Translations under genes and position numbers: made by a program | Shown here: positions 17,633-33,522 of the stretch, one piece after another | Layout: every line of letters begins with the position of its first letter | Numbering within the stretch: position 1 is the first letter of the stretch | Notes under the pieces: model-generated | Database searches by the model: none | What the model was told of the DNA's origin: nothing | What the model saw: the letters and a program-made list of their open reading frames with translations, nothing else | Source of the DNA: Gemmatimonadota bacterium | Lineage (GTDB): Bacteria; Gemmatimonadota; Gemmatimonadetes; Gemmatimonadales; Gemmatimonadaceae | Length of the DNA stretch: 64,000 nucleotides | Direction: 5' to 3' | Assembly (NCBI GenBank): GCA_031372565.1 | Contig: JANMLN010000055.1 | Location: forward strand, 1 to 64,000

Positions 17633-18912
17633 TCGCCCTCCTCGCCCTCGCGGTGCTCGTGCAGGGCGCCCCGGGCGAGCCGCCGCCGACGCTCCGCGTG
17701 GTGGGCACTGCCCGCACGGTGACGATCGCGGTGGTCCGGCTCGATGGGCAACCGGCGGTGCGCGCCGACGAGCTGCTGCCGCCTTTGGGCGGTCGCGTCA
17801 GTCGGATCGACGACGGGCGCTGGACGGTGGCCGTGCCGGGCCTCACGCTCGACCTGCGCGATGGACTTCCGTTTGCCGGGACGGTGGCGGGCGCGGTCCC
17901 ACTCGCGGCGTCGCCGCGCTGGGTTGCGGGGGTGCTCGTCCTGCCGCTGTCCGTGGTGACCGAGCTGTTTCCGCGGCTGGGGGGCTTTCGCTATGACGCC
18001 GAGCACGCGGAGTTGAGTGCGCCGGGGGTTGTGGTGGGTCGAGCCCCGGAGGCCGCCCCCACGGTGTTCGCACGGGCATCGCGCACGGCACCGATGGCGG
18101 TGGCGCCGGTGCCCCTCGATGCGCCAACCCCCGGCCCCCGCGCGGTGCCGCGGCGCCCGACGGGGGGCAAGAGCACGCGGTCGATCGCCGAACGGCGGAT
18201 CGTCGTGGTGGACGCGGGCCATGGCGGCCCTGATCGCGGCATGCACGGGCCGATCGGCGGCGGGTTCACCCTGTACGAGAAGGACGTCACCCTGGCGGTC
18301 GCATCGCGTCTGGCCGATGCTCTCCGCGACCGCGGCGTCGATGTGATCATGACGCGCACGACCGACACGCTCATCGCCCTGTCGGACCGGGGGCGCATCG
18401 CCAACAAGATGCGCGGCGATCTGTTCCTGTCGATTCACGTGAATGCGGCCAACCTCCGCTGGCGCGACCCCGGCAGCGCGCGCGGCTTCGAGACCTACTT
18501 TCTGGCCGAGGCCAAGACCGAGGACGACCGCCGCGTCGAGCGGATGGAGAACGAAGCCATCCGCTTCGAGACGGCCGCCGACGCGCCCAAGAACGACCCG
18601 CTCGCGTTCATCATCAACGACATGGCGCAGAACGAGCATCTCCGCGAGTCGAGCGATCTGGCCGCGGCGGTGCAGCGGTCGCTGGGCGTCATTCACCCGG
18701 GGCCCAGCCGTGGGGTGAAGCAGGCCGGATTCCGCGTGCTCGTGACGGCCTACATGCCCGCCGTGCTGATCGAGATCGGCTTCGGGACCAACCCGTCCGA
18801 AGCGGCGTGGATGAACGATGATGCGCGCCAAGGGCAGATTGCGGGGCGCATTGCCGACGCGGCGGTGGAATACCTCGCGCGCTACGAGCGCCGGGTGGGA
18901 ACGCAGCCGTGA
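17629..18912 (+). CDS. N-acetylmuramoyl-L-alanine amidase (Amidase_3)
   Basis: DAGHGG, EKD, SIHVNA, GFETY and PAVLIEIGF motifs. Confidence 0.92.
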   Translation: MIALLALAVLVQGAPGEPPPTLRVVGTARTVTIAVVRLDGQPAVRADELLPPLGGRVSRIDDGRWTVAVPGLTLDLRDGLPFAGTVAGAVPLAASPRWVAGVLVLPLSVVTELFPRLGGFRYDAEHAELSAPGVVVGRAPEAAPTVFARASRTAPMAVAPVPLDAPTPGPRAVPRRPTGGKSTRSIAERRIVVVDAGHGGPDRGMHGPIGGGFTLYEKDVTLAVASRLADALRDRGVDVIMTRTTDTLIALSDRGRIANKMRGDLFLSIHVNAANLRWRDPGSARGFETYFLAEAKTEDDRRVERMENEAIRFETAADAPKNDPLAFIINDMAQNEHLRESSDLAAAVQRSLGVIHPGPSRGVKQAGFRVLVTAYMPAVLIEIGFGTNPSEAAWMNDDARQGQIAGRIADAAVEYLARYERRVGTQP

Positions 18913-19859
18913 GTGCACCGGTGAGCGCGGCTCGACCACTCGCCGTCACCGCGGCGGGCATCGACTTCCAGAACCCCGTGCTGCTGGCCTCCGGCACGGC
19001 CGGCTATGGTGTCGAGCTCGACGAGGTCATGGACCTCAACGCGCTCGGCGGGCTGGTGACGAAGGCGGTGAGTCCGCTGCCGCGGAAGGGGAACGCGGCG
19101 CCGCGCGTCGGGGATTTTGCCGGCGGCATGATCAACGCGATCGGGCTGGCAAATCCCGGTGTCGATGAGGTGAAGCGCACCATGATGCCGTGGATCGCGC
19201 AGCACCTGACGCGCGCCCGCGTGCTCGTGAACGTGGTGGGCGATTCGGTCGAGGACTACGCGACGGTGGTGGCGGGGCTCGAACACAGCGCCGGTCACGT
19301 GGGCTACGAGTTGAACGTGAGTTGCCCGAACGTGAAGCATGGCGGGCTCGAGTTCGGCGCCGACCCCGACGCGCTGACCGCGCTCGTGCGTGGCGTCCGT
19401 GCACGCACGCCCAAGCCGTTGTTCGTGAAGCTCTCGCCGACACTGAGTGCGATTGCCGATACCGCGCGGATTGCGGTGGACGCCGGCGCCGACGGTCTCA
19501 CGCTGGTGAACACCCTGCCCGGACTCGTGATCGACGTGGAGGCGCGGAAGCCGATGATCGGCTTCGGCACCGGTGGGGTGAGCGGCGATGCGCTGCTGCC
19601 GATTGGCGTGCGCGCCACGTGGCTCGTCCGGCGTGCGCTGCCCACCGTTCCCATCATCGGACTCGGGGGGGTCAACAGCGCACGCGATGCGCTGCAGTAC
19701 ATCCTCGCGGGCGCGCATCTGGTGGGGGTGGGCACGGCGGCCATGCGCGACCCGCGTGCACCCGAGCGCATCGTGCGCGACCTCGCGCGCTGGCTCACGT
19801 CGCATGACGTGCGCGACCTTTCCTCTGTGCGCGGCCAACTGGAGTGGCCCACGCGATGA
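18909..19859 (+). CDS. pyrD: Dihydroorotate dehydrogenase, family 1B catalytic subunit
   Basis: ASGT, NAIGLANPG, ELNVSCPN, VKLSP, LVNT and GGVSG motifs. Confidence 0.93.
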   Translation: MSAPVSAARPLAVTAAGIDFQNPVLLASGTAGYGVELDEVMDLNALGGLVTKAVSPLPRKGNAAPRVGDFAGGMINAIGLANPGVDEVKRTMMPWIAQHLTRARVLVNVVGDSVEDYATVVAGLEHSAGHVGYELNVSCPNVKHGGLEFGADPDALTALVRGVRARTPKPLFVKLSPTLSAIADTARIAVDAGADGLTLVNTLPGLVIDVEARKPMIGFGTGGVSGDALLPIGVRATWLVRRALPTVPIIGLGGVNSARDALQYILAGAHLVGVGTAAMRDPRAPERIVRDLARWLTSHDVRDLSSVRGQLEWPTR

Positions 19860-20473
19860 CGACGACGCCCATTGTCGCTCTTGACGTCCCCTCCATCGAA
19901 CGGGCGCGCAGCCTGGTGCGCACGCTTGGTGATGCCTGCACCTGGTACAAGGTCGGTCTCGAACTGTTCGTGGCCGAAGGGCCGCACGTCATCCACTGGT
20001 TGCGCGAACAGGGGAAGGACGTGTTCCTGGACCTCAAGCTGCATGACATTCCGAACACGGTGCGCGGTGCGGCTCGGTCGGCGGCGGCACTCGGTGCACG
20101 GCTGTTGACGGTGCAGGGAAGTGGCGGGGCCGCCATGATTGCGGCGGCGGTCGAGGGGGCCGGGGCGCAGGATGGCCATCACTGCGGGGTGCTGGTCGTG
20201 ACCGTGCTGACCTCGATGACCGGCGCGGATCTTGGCGCGGCCTGGGGGCGCGAGGTGGCGTCGGTGGAAGCGGAAGTGCTGCGGCTGGCGGGGACGGCGG
20301 CCGGCGCTGGCGCGCATGGCATCGTGTGTAGCGGGCGTGAGGCGGCGGCGGTGCGTACCGTGCATGGCTCCGCGCTCGCCGTGCTGGTGCCCGGAGTTCG
20401 CGCGGAGGGCGCGGCGACGCACGATCAGGCGCGCGTGGTCACGCCGCGCGGAGCCGAACAGGTACCGAAATAA
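19856..20473 (+). pseudogene. pyrF: Orotidine-5'-phosphate decarboxylase, C-terminally truncated
   Basis: ALD, YKVGLEL, DLKLHDIPNT, VTVLTS, PGVR and DQARVVTP present; ends ...TPRGAEQVPK* without the final beta-strand/GR phosphate-binding segment. Confidence 0.75.
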
Positions 20474-20515
20474 AGCCGTACACGTCGGAAGCTCAGCCGT
20501 GTCAAGGGGCCCCCC

Positions 20516-20544
20516 TTGAAACGGGCGTGTACCCGGTTTATGTT
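20516..20544 (+). promoter_or_regulatory. Putative sigma70 promoter of the rpmJ/alpha operon
   Basis: TTGAAA-N17-TATGTT. Confidence 0.65.
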
Positions 20545-20655
20545 GCGTGGCTGTCGGGAAATAGCCCTCGTTTGCACGCAGGTGTGGCGGGGGGGCTCCC
20601 CAAGTCCGACGGTTTCCTTCGCACTCAACCGTAGTTTCTTCGCCTCGGAGTTCCC

Positions 20656-20772
20656 GTGAAAGTTCGCACCAGCGTCAAGCCGATCTGCGAGCACTGCAAA
20701 GTGGTCAAGCGCGCCGGCGTGACTCGCGTGATCTGCAAGCGCAACCCCAAGCACAAGCAGCGGCAGGGATAA
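20656..20772 (+). CDS. rpmJ: 50S ribosomal protein L36 (Zn-ribbon type); absent from the ORF track
   Basis: My translation: [41 protein letters not shown] start, GGAG RBS. Confidence 0.97.
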   Translation: MKVRTSVKPICEHCKVVKRAGVTRVICKRNPKHKQRQG

Positions 20773-20778
20773 CGACAC

Positions 20779-21156
20779 ATGGCGCGTATCGCAGGCGTGG
20801 ATCTTCCGCGCGAGAAGAAGGTCGAGATCGGCCTTACCTACATTTTCGGGATCGGGCGCAAGACGGCGCGCGACATCCTCGAGAAGACCGGCGTCAACGT
20901 GGAGCTCCGCATCAAGGAACTCACCGACGCCGACGTCAACAAGCTGCGTCAGGCGATCGAGCGTGATCACCGCGTAGAGGGCGCCCTCCGGACGGAGGTG
21001 GCCATGAACATCAAGCGGCTGATGGATATCGGCTCGTACCGCGGCATTCGTCATCGCCGTGGCCTGCCGGTGCGCGGCCAGCGTACGCACACCAATGCGC
21101 GCACGAAGAAGGGCCCGCGTCGCGCGATTGCCGGGAAGAAGAAGGTGACCAAGTAA
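20779..21156 (+). CDS. rpsM: 30S ribosomal protein S13
   Basis: [10 protein letters not shown]...[17 protein letters not shown]. Confidence 0.98.
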   Translation: MARIAGVDLPREKKVEIGLTYIFGIGRKTARDILEKTGVNVELRIKELTDADVNKLRQAIERDHRVEGALRTEVAMNIKRLMDIGSYRGIRHRRGLPVRGQRTHTNARTKKGPRRAIAGKKKVTK

Positions 21157-21533
21157 TGGCTATCGGAAAGAAGACCAAGAAGGTGGTCGAGGCGGAAGGG
21201 ATCGCGCATGTCAGCGCGACCTTCAACAACACGACCATCACGATCACGGATTCACACGGGAACGCGATTTCGTGGGGGTCCTCCGGCAAGGCGGGCTTCA
21301 AGGGATCCAAGAAGTCCACGCCGTTCGCCGCGACGGTCGCCGCCGAGCAGGCCGCTCGCGAGGCGCTCTCCGCCGGTGTGCGCCGCGTGCACGTGCAGGT
21401 GCAGGGGCCGGGCTCGGGTCGTGAGTCGGCCATTCAGGCGCTCGCTGCGGCGGGGCTCACCGTCAAGTCCATCAAGGACGTGACGCCGATCCCGCACAAC
21501 GGTTGCCGTCCCCCCAAGCGCCGGAGGGTCTGA
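21156..21533 (+). CDS. rpsK: 30S ribosomal protein S11
   Basis: TFNNT, KSTPFAA and [13 protein letters not shown] motifs. Confidence 0.98.
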   Translation: MAIGKKTKKVVEAEGIAHVSATFNNTTITITDSHGNAISWGSSGKAGFKGSKKSTPFAATVAAEQAAREALSAGVRRVHVQVQGPGSGRESAIQALAAAGLTVKSIKDVTPIPHNGCRPPKRRRV

Positions 21534-21535
21534 CC

Positions 21536-22171
<636 letters not shown>

Positions 22172-22309
22172 CGCACGGCGGGGCGGCGAATGCCGCCCCG
22201 CAGGTCGGGACCCTGACTCCCGAACGGGTCCGCCGCGCGTCAGGGGCGAGGCGGAGCGTGGCAGCCGGAGCACACCGGCGGCCAGACCTTTCAACGGATT
22301 TTCTCAATC

Positions 22310-23380
22310 ATGTCGCAGACTATCGACCTTCGCGGGCTTGTCCGTCCGCAGCTGGTGGAAGCCACCAAGCGCGAGGACAACCCGAACATCGCCGAGTTCC
22401 GCCTCCAGCCGCTGGAGCGTGGCTTCGGCCACACGCTCGGCAACGCCATGCGGCGCATGCTCCTCTCGTCGCTGCGCGGCTCGGCCGTGTGGGCGTTCCG
22501 CATGGACGGCGTGGTGCATGAGCACCAGACCGTCACCGGCGTGGTGGAGGACATCCACCAGATCATTGCCAACCTCAAGAACCTGACCTTGGCGCTCTCC
22601 GAGGACGTGGAGCACACGATCCTCCGGATCCAGCGCACCTCCGCGGGCGCGGTCACGGCCGGCGACATCCAGGGCCAGGGCGGCGTTCGCGTCATCGCGC
22701 CGCATCAGCACCTGTTCACCCTCCAGGATGATCGCGAGATCAACGTGGAGCTCTACGTGAACAAGGGGCGTGGGTACATCGAGTCCGACCAGCACCCGCT
22801 CGATCGCGGCCTGCCCGTCGACCTCGTGCGCATCGACGCGATCTACAACCCGGTGCGCCGCGTGAACTTCTCGGTGGCCGAGACCCGCGTGGGCCAGCGC
22901 ACGGACTACGATCGTCTGGTCCTGACGGTCGAGACCAATGGGACCGTCACGCCCGAAGAGGCGGTCAGCTACGCGGCCGCGCTCGCGCAGACGCACTTCC
23001 AGTACTTCGCGGGCTTCGGTTCGCATCAGTCCGCGCCGATGCCGGCCGCGGGGGATGTGCTCGGTGCCGATGCCTCGCGCCTCAAGGAACTCTTCAAGAA
23101 CCCGATCGACGACCTCGAGCTGTCCGTCCGCTCGGTGAACTCGCTCAAGAACTCGAACATCCGGTCCATGGGCGATCTCGTCCGTCAGACCGAGACCCAG
23201 ATCCTGCAGGTCAAGAACTTCGGCAAGAAGTCGCTTCAGGAGATCGCGGATCTCCTCGAGCGTGAGGGACTGAACTTCGGCATGCGCTACGAGGAGAACG
23301 GCGAAGGCGTCCGGATCCTCGATTGGGGCACGCCGCCGTCCCGTGCCGCGGCCAACGCGCCCGACGACGAGGAGGAGTAA
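22310..23380 (+). CDS. rpoA: RNA polymerase alpha subunit
   Basis: PLERGFGHTLGNAMRR, LELSVRSVN and NFGKKSLQEI motifs. Confidence 0.98.
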   Translation: MSQTIDLRGLVRPQLVEATKREDNPNIAEFRLQPLERGFGHTLGNAMRRMLLSSLRGSAVWAFRMDGVVHEHQTVTGVVEDIHQIIANLKNLTLALSEDVEHTILRIQRTSAGAVTAGDIQGQGGVRVIAPHQHLFTLQDDREINVELYVNKGRGYIESDQHPLDRGLPVDLVRIDAIYNPVRRVNFSVAETRVGQRTDYDRLVLTVETNGTVTPEEAVSYAAALAQTHFQYFAGFGSHQSAPMPAAGDVLGADASRLKELFKNPIDDLELSVRSVNSLKNSNIRSMGDLVRQTETQILQVKNFGKKSLQEIADLLEREGLNFGMRYEENGEGVRILDWGTPPSRAAANAPDDEEE

Positions 23381-23383
23381 CCC

Positions 23384-23740
23384 ATGCGCCACCGCAAGGC
23401 CGGGCGCTCGCTGCGCCGCACCAGTGAACAGAAGCTCGCGCTCATGCGCAGCCTCGCGACCGCGCTCATCGAGAGCGGCGCGATCGAGACCACCGAAGCC
23501 AAGGCGAAGGAGCTCCGGCCCTTCGTCGAGAAGCTGATCACCAAGGCCCGCACGGGCACGCTGCACGCCCGCCGGCTCGCCGGCATCCACGTGCACAAGC
23601 GTGAAGCGGCCGACAAGCTCTTCCAGGAGCTCGGACCCCGCTTCGCCAAGCGGCCGGGCGGCTACACGCGCATTCTCAAGACCGGGCACCGCAAGGGTGA
23701 CGGGGCCGAGATGGCGCGCATCGAACTCGTCGAGGGTTGA
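23384..23740 (+). CDS. rplQ: 50S ribosomal protein L17
   Basis: MRHRK, IETTEAKAKE, RPGGYTRI and GDGAEMA motifs. Confidence 0.98.
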   Translation: MRHRKAGRSLRRTSEQKLALMRSLATALIESGAIETTEAKAKELRPFVEKLITKARTGTLHARRLAGIHVHKREAADKLFQELGPRFAKRPGGYTRILKTGHRKGDGAEMARIELVEG

Positions 23741-23743
23741 GCC

Positions 23744-23962
23744 ATGCCGATTGCCCGCCACCGCTGCTTTACCTGTGACAAGGGCGTTGCCTTCGGCAAC
23801 AACCGGTCGCATGCCAACAACAAGACGCGCCGTACCTGGAAGCCGAACCTCCAGGTCGCGCGCGTCGAGCACGAAGGGAAGGTCGTGAAGGTCAAGGTCT
23901 GCACGCGTTGCCTCTCGGCCGGCAAGGTCCAGCGCGCGCCGCGCAAGGCCGTCGTCGCCTGA
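23744..23962 (+). CDS. rpmB: 50S ribosomal protein L28
   Basis: CFTC..GNNRSHANNKTRRTWKPNLQ..CTRC. Confidence 0.96.
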   Translation: MPIARHRCFTCDKGVAFGNNRSHANNKTRRTWKPNLQVARVEHEGKVVKVKVCTRCLSAGKVQRAPRKAVVA

Positions 23963-23986
23963 GGTCGCACGCTCCCGTGGGTGCTG

Positions 23987-24018
23987 CGAGGGAGCCCGTT
24001 CGGGCTCCCTCGTGTTGC
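23987..24018 (+). terminator. Perfect hairpin after rpmB, probable terminator
   Basis: CGAGGGAGCCCG-TT-CGGGCTCCCTCG followed by a weak U-tract (TGTTG). Confidence 0.6.
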
Positions 24019-24035
24019 ATCCGGGATCGCGGTGA

Positions 24036-29243
<5,208 letters not shown>

Positions 29244-29259
29244 GTCCCGGTCTCGAGCG

Positions 29260-29835
29260 ATGAGCGCGCCTTTCATTCACGCATCCGCGTATGTCGACGA
29301 GGGCGCCGTGATCGGCGCCGGCACCCGGATCTGGCACTTCTGTCACGTGAATCCCGGTGCGGTGGTCGGGGAGCGCTGTTCGCTCGGGCAGAACGTCGTG
29401 CTGATGCCCGGTGTGCGCGTCGGCAACAACGTGAAGATCCAGAACAACGTGTCCGTGTACGAAGGGGTCACGCTCGAGGACGACGTGTTCTGCGGACCGT
29501 CGATGGTGTTCACGAACGTCATCAATCCGCGGAGCCACGTCTCGCGCAAGCACGAGTATCAGCCGACGCTCGTCCGCCGCGGGACGACCATCGGTGCGAA
29601 CGCGACCGTGCTCTGCGGCACGACGCTCGGCGAGTACGCCTTCGTGGCGGCCGGGGCCGTGATCACGAAGGACGTGCCGGCCTTCGCCTTGGTGGCCGGC
29701 GTCCCGGCGCGGCGGATCGGCTGGATGTGCCGGTGCGGCGAGCGACTGGACGCCGCGGGGCGCGGTCCGTGCGCGGCGTGCGGGACGCACTATGTGGCGC
29801 GGGGCGACGGTCTCGCGATCGAGGAGGGGGGATGA
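29260..29835 (+). CDS. Sugar-nucleotide N-acetyltransferase, WbpD/WlbB-like
   Basis: Hexapeptide repeats; [31 protein letters not shown]-terminal Cys Zn-ribbon. Confidence 0.88.
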   Translation: MSAPFIHASAYVDEGAVIGAGTRIWHFCHVNPGAVVGERCSLGQNVVLMPGVRVGNNVKIQNNVSVYEGVTLEDDVFCGPSMVFTNVINPRSHVSRKHEYQPTLVRRGTTIGANATVLCGTTLGEYAFVAAGAVITKDVPAFALVAGVPARRIGWMCRCGERLDAAGRGPCAACGTHYVARGDGLAIEEGG

Positions 29836-30872
29836 GTCACGGGACGATCCGGATCGCGCTGCTCGGCTGCGGTCGCATCAGCGCCAACCATGTGCAGGCA
29901 ATCGCCCGGGTCGACGGGCTCTCGCTCGTCGCCTGCTGCGATTCGGTCGCGGAGCGCGCGCAGGAGACCGGCGAGGCCGCGGGGGTGCCGTGGTACACGA
30001 GCTTCGACACGATGCTCGCGGAGGCGTCCTGCGACGCCGTGGTCATCTGCACGCCGAGCGGACTGCACCCGAAGCACGGCATCCAGGCGGCGCGTGCGGG
30101 CAAGCACGTCATCTGCGAGAAGCCGATGGCGATCACGCTCGAGGGGGCCGACCAGCTGGTGCGTGCGTGCGATGATGCCGGCGTGTCGCTCTTCGTGGTC
30201 AAGCAGAACCGACTCAATCCCGCGATCCAGCTGCTGCGCCGCGCGATCGACAAGGGGCGCTTCGGCCGGATCTACATGGCCAACGCCACGGTGCGCTGGG
30301 CGCGCCCGCAGTCGTACTATGACCAGGCGCCGTGGCGCGGCACGTGGGAGTTTGATGGCGGCGCGTTCATGAATCAGGCCTCGCACTACGTGGACCTGAT
30401 CCAATGGCTGGTCGGGCCGGTGGAGAGCGTGATGGCGCGCACGGCGACGCTGGCGCGACGCATCGAGGCGGAGGACGAAGGGGTCGCGCTTCTCAAGTTC
30501 CGCAACGGTGCGCTCGGGACGATCGAGGTCACCATGTTGACGTACCCGCGCAATCTCGAGGGGTCGATCACCCTTCTCGGCGAGACCGGCTCCGTGAAGG
30601 TGGGCGGGACCGCCGTGAACAAGGTGGAGACCTGGCAGTTCGCCGACTACGACGACGATGACAAGGCCATCGAACAGGTGGCCACCAACCCGCCCAACGT
30701 GTACGGCTTCGGGCATGAGGGGTACTATCGGAATGTGCTGGCGGCGCTGCGGGGGCAGTCGCATCCCGACACGGATGGCCGCGCCGGGCGCAAGTCGCTC
30801 GAGTTGATCCTGGCGATCTACGAATCGGCCAAGACGGGGCGTGAGGCGTCGCTGCCACTCAAGAGCGGCTGA
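29832..30872 (+). CDS. Gfo/Idh/MocA oxidoreductase, WbpB/WlbA-like (UDP-GlcNAcA 3-dehydrogenase)
   Basis: GCGRIS, TPSGLH, EKPMA, VVKQNR, WRGTW and [13 protein letters not shown] motifs. Confidence 0.88.
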   Translation: MSHGTIRIALLGCGRISANHVQAIARVDGLSLVACCDSVAERAQETGEAAGVPWYTSFDTMLAEASCDAVVICTPSGLHPKHGIQAARAGKHVICEKPMAITLEGADQLVRACDDAGVSLFVVKQNRLNPAIQLLRRAIDKGRFGRIYMANATVRWARPQSYYDQAPWRGTWEFDGGAFMNQASHYVDLIQWLVGPVESVMARTATLARRIEAEDEGVALLKFRNGALGTIEVTMLTYPRNLEGSITLLGETGSVKVGGTAVNKVETWQFADYDDDDKAIEQVATNPPNVYGFGHEGYYRNVLAALRGQSHPDTDGRAGRKSLELILAIYESAKTGREASLPLKSG

Positions 30873-31037
30873 TCCCCCCCTCGGGTGTGAGGCGAAGGGT
30901 ACGCAAGTTGCACGTACGGTCCCGCCCGGTGTCGCTTTGCGACATGGAGAGGAAGGCCGTTGAGTTGATTTCACTTGCGCCCCCTCCCAATTTTCCAGTC
31001 TGCGGTGAAAACCGCCCTGCCAAATCACAAAGCTGAT

Positions 31038-32150
31038 ATGTCCGTCCCTCTGTTGGACCTGAAGGCGCAGCACGCCACGATCCGGGAATCGGTCGTGGCC
31101 GCCATGCTTGGGGTCGTGGACGACCAGACGTTCATTCTGGGCGCCCCCGTCGAACGTCTCGAACGGTCGGTCGCCGAGCTCTCGCACACGGCGCACGCCA
31201 TCGGGTGCGCCAACGGTACCGACGCGCTGCTGCTGGCGCTCCGCGCCCTCGACGTCGGGCGCGACGACGAAGTGATCACCACGCCGTTCACCTTTTTCGC
31301 GACGGCCGGCACCATCCACAACGTCGGCGCCAAGCCGGTCTTCGTGGACATCGACGCAGCGACGTTCAACATCGACCCGGCCGCGGTCGGCGCAGCGCTC
31401 ACGCCGCGCACGCGGGCCGTGACCGCCGTCGACCTCTTCGGGCAGATGGCCGCCATCGAACAGGTCATGGCGGCCGCCGGATCGGTGCCCGTGATCGAGG
31501 ACGCGGCGCAGTCGATCGGGGCGCGCCGGCTGATCAACGGGACGTGGCGCATGGCGGGCGAAGCGGCAACCATCGGTACCTTCTCGTTCTTCCCGTCGAA
31601 GAACCTTGGCGGGTACGGCGATGGCGGCATGATGGTGACGCAGGATGACGCGCTCGCGACGCGGCTCAAGCGCCTGCGCGTGCACGGCGGGGCCAAGCAG
31701 TACTTCCATGACGAAGTCGGCTACAACAGCCGACTCGACGCGCTGCAGGCGGCGGTACTGTCGGCCAAGCTGCCGCATCTCGCCGGATGGAGCGCCGCGC
31801 GGCGGCGGCACGCCGCGTGGTACGACCATGCCTTCGCCGACCTTCCCGAGATCGTGCGCCCGGTGATCGATCCGGCAAACGAGTCGATATACAACCAGTA
31901 CACGATCCGCGCGACGCGACGCGACGAGTTGCAGGCACATCTCAAGGCGCGCGGTATCGGCAATTCGATCTACTACCCGCTTCCGCTGCATCTGCAGCCA
32001 TGCTTCGCGTACCTCGGGTATCGCGAAGGCCAGTGCCCCGTGTCCGAGCAGGCCTCGCGCGAGGTCCTGTCGTTGCCGGTCTATCCCGAATTGACGGAAG
32101 CGCAGCTCGCCGAGGTGGCCTCGGCGGTGCGCGCCTTCTACGGGCGCTAA
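31038..32150 (+). CDS. DegT/DnrJ/EryC1/StrS aminotransferase, WbpE-like
   Basis: ANGTDAL, EDAAQSIG, SFFPSKNLGGYGDGG and NSRLDALQA motifs. Confidence 0.9.
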   Translation: MSVPLLDLKAQHATIRESVVAAMLGVVDDQTFILGAPVERLERSVAELSHTAHAIGCANGTDALLLALRALDVGRDDEVITTPFTFFATAGTIHNVGAKPVFVDIDAATFNIDPAAVGAALTPRTRAVTAVDLFGQMAAIEQVMAAAGSVPVIEDAAQSIGARRLINGTWRMAGEAATIGTFSFFPSKNLGGYGDGGMMVTQDDALATRLKRLRVHGGAKQYFHDEVGYNSRLDALQAAVLSAKLPHLAGWSAARRRHAAWYDHAFADLPEIVRPVIDPANESIYNQYTIRATRRDELQAHLKARGIGNSIYYPLPLHLQPCFAYLGYREGQCPVSEQASREVLSLPVYPELTEAQLAEVASAVRAFYGR

Positions 32151-32172
32151 GCCCCCCTCCCACCGGAGTCCC

Positions 32173-33522
32173 ATGTCGTTCGCCCAGGACCTGCAGCAGA
32201 AGATCGAGTCGCGGCGCGCTGTCGTCGGTATCGTTGGCCTCGGCTACGTCGGCCTCCCACTGGCCATGGAGTTCACGAAGGCCGGCTTTCACGTGGTCGG
32301 CTTCGACGTCAGCGCGCGCGTCACCGAGCTGCTGATGCGCGGCGAGTCACACATCCAGGACGTGCCGGCGGCCGACGTGGCCGACGCGGTGAAGCGCGGA
32401 CTGTTCACCGCCACCATCGACGAGAAGGCGCTCGGCACCTGCGACGCCATCTCGATTGCCGTGCCGACGCCGCTCAGCAAGACGCGCGATCCGGACCTTT
32501 CGTACGTGATCAGCGCCTCGGACACGATCGCGCGCAACGCCCACAAGGGGCTGCTGATCGTGTTGGAAAGCACGACCTATCCGGGCACGACGCGCGAACT
32601 GATGCAGCCGCGGCTCGAGGCGGTCGGGCTCACGGTCGGCACCGACGTGTTCCTGGCCTTCAGCCCCGAGCGGGTCGATCCGGGCAACCCGGTCTGGCAC
32701 ACGAAGAACACGCCGAAGGTGGTCGGTGGCATCTCGGCGAACTGCACGACGCTGGCGAAGCAGCTGTACGAGGCGTGCATCGACACGGTGGTCCCGGTGA
32801 CGAGCACGGAAGCTGCGGAACTCGTGAAGCTCCTCGAGAACACGTTCCGCGCGGTCAACATCGGGATGGTCAACGAGATGGCCATCGTGTGCGACAAGCT
32901 GGGCGTGAACGTGTGGGAGGTGATCGATGCGGCGGCGACCAAGCCGTTCGGCTTCATGAAGTTCACGCCGGGCCCTGGGATCGGCGGACACTGCATTCCG
33001 CTCGACCCGCACTACCTCGCGTGGAAGATGCGCACGCTCAACTACCGGACGCGCTTCATCGACGTCGCCAGCGAGATCAACTCCGAGATGCCGGCGTTCG
33101 TGGTCGAGAAGGTGGCGGCCGCGCTCAACACGGATCGGAAGTCGGTGAACGGCAGCCGGGTGCTCGTGCTGGGCATCTCGTACAAGCGCGACATCGACGA
33201 CATGCGCGAATCGCCGGCGCTGGACGTGATGCGCCTGCTCGAGGAGCGCGGTGCGTCGGTGGACTACCATGATCCCCACGTACCCACCTTCCGCGAGGAT
33301 GGGCATGTGCAGTCGGGCATCGCACTCACGGAAGCGGCGCTCGATGCGGCGGACGTGGTCGTGATCATCACGGATCACACGGCGGTGGACTACGGCTTCG
33401 TGGTGCGGCACGCCCATGTCGTGGTGGACACGCGCAATGCGCTGGCGAAGGTGCCGGCCGGGAAGGCGCGCGTCGTCATGCTCTCGCAGCACGCGGTCGT
33501 TCCCGCTGGCGGACACGCGTGA
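32173..33522 (+). CDS. UDP-N-acetylglucosamine 6-dehydrogenase, WbpA-like
   Basis: GLGYVGLP, ESTTYPGTT, SPERVDPG, KLLENTFR and GGHCIPLDP motifs. Confidence 0.9.
   Translation: MSFAQDLQQKIESRRAVVGIVGLGYVGLPLAMEFTKAGFHVVGFDVSARVTELLMRGESHIQDVPAADVADAVKRGLFTATIDEKALGTCDAISIAVPTPLSKTRDPDLSYVISASDTIARNAHKGLLIVLESTTYPGTTRELMQPRLEAVGLTVGTDVFLAFSPERVDPGNPVWHTKNTPKVVGGISANCTTLAKQLYEACIDTVVPVTSTEAAELVKLLENTFRAVNIGMVNEMAIVCDKLGVNVWEVIDAAATKPFGFMKFTPGPGIGGHCIPLDPHYLAWKMRTLNYRTRFIDVASEINSEMPAFVVEKVAAALNTDRKSVNGSRVLVLGISYKRDIDDMRESPALDVMRLLEERGASVDYHDPHVPTFREDGHVQSGIALTEAALDAADVVVIITDHTAVDYGFVVRHAHVVVDTRNALAKVPAGKARVVMLSQHAVVPAGGHA

Noticed and set aside
20440..20519. Programmed or simple frameshift restoring the pyrF C-terminus
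   Set aside because: Neither alternative frame encodes the missing hydrophobic strand and GR motif.
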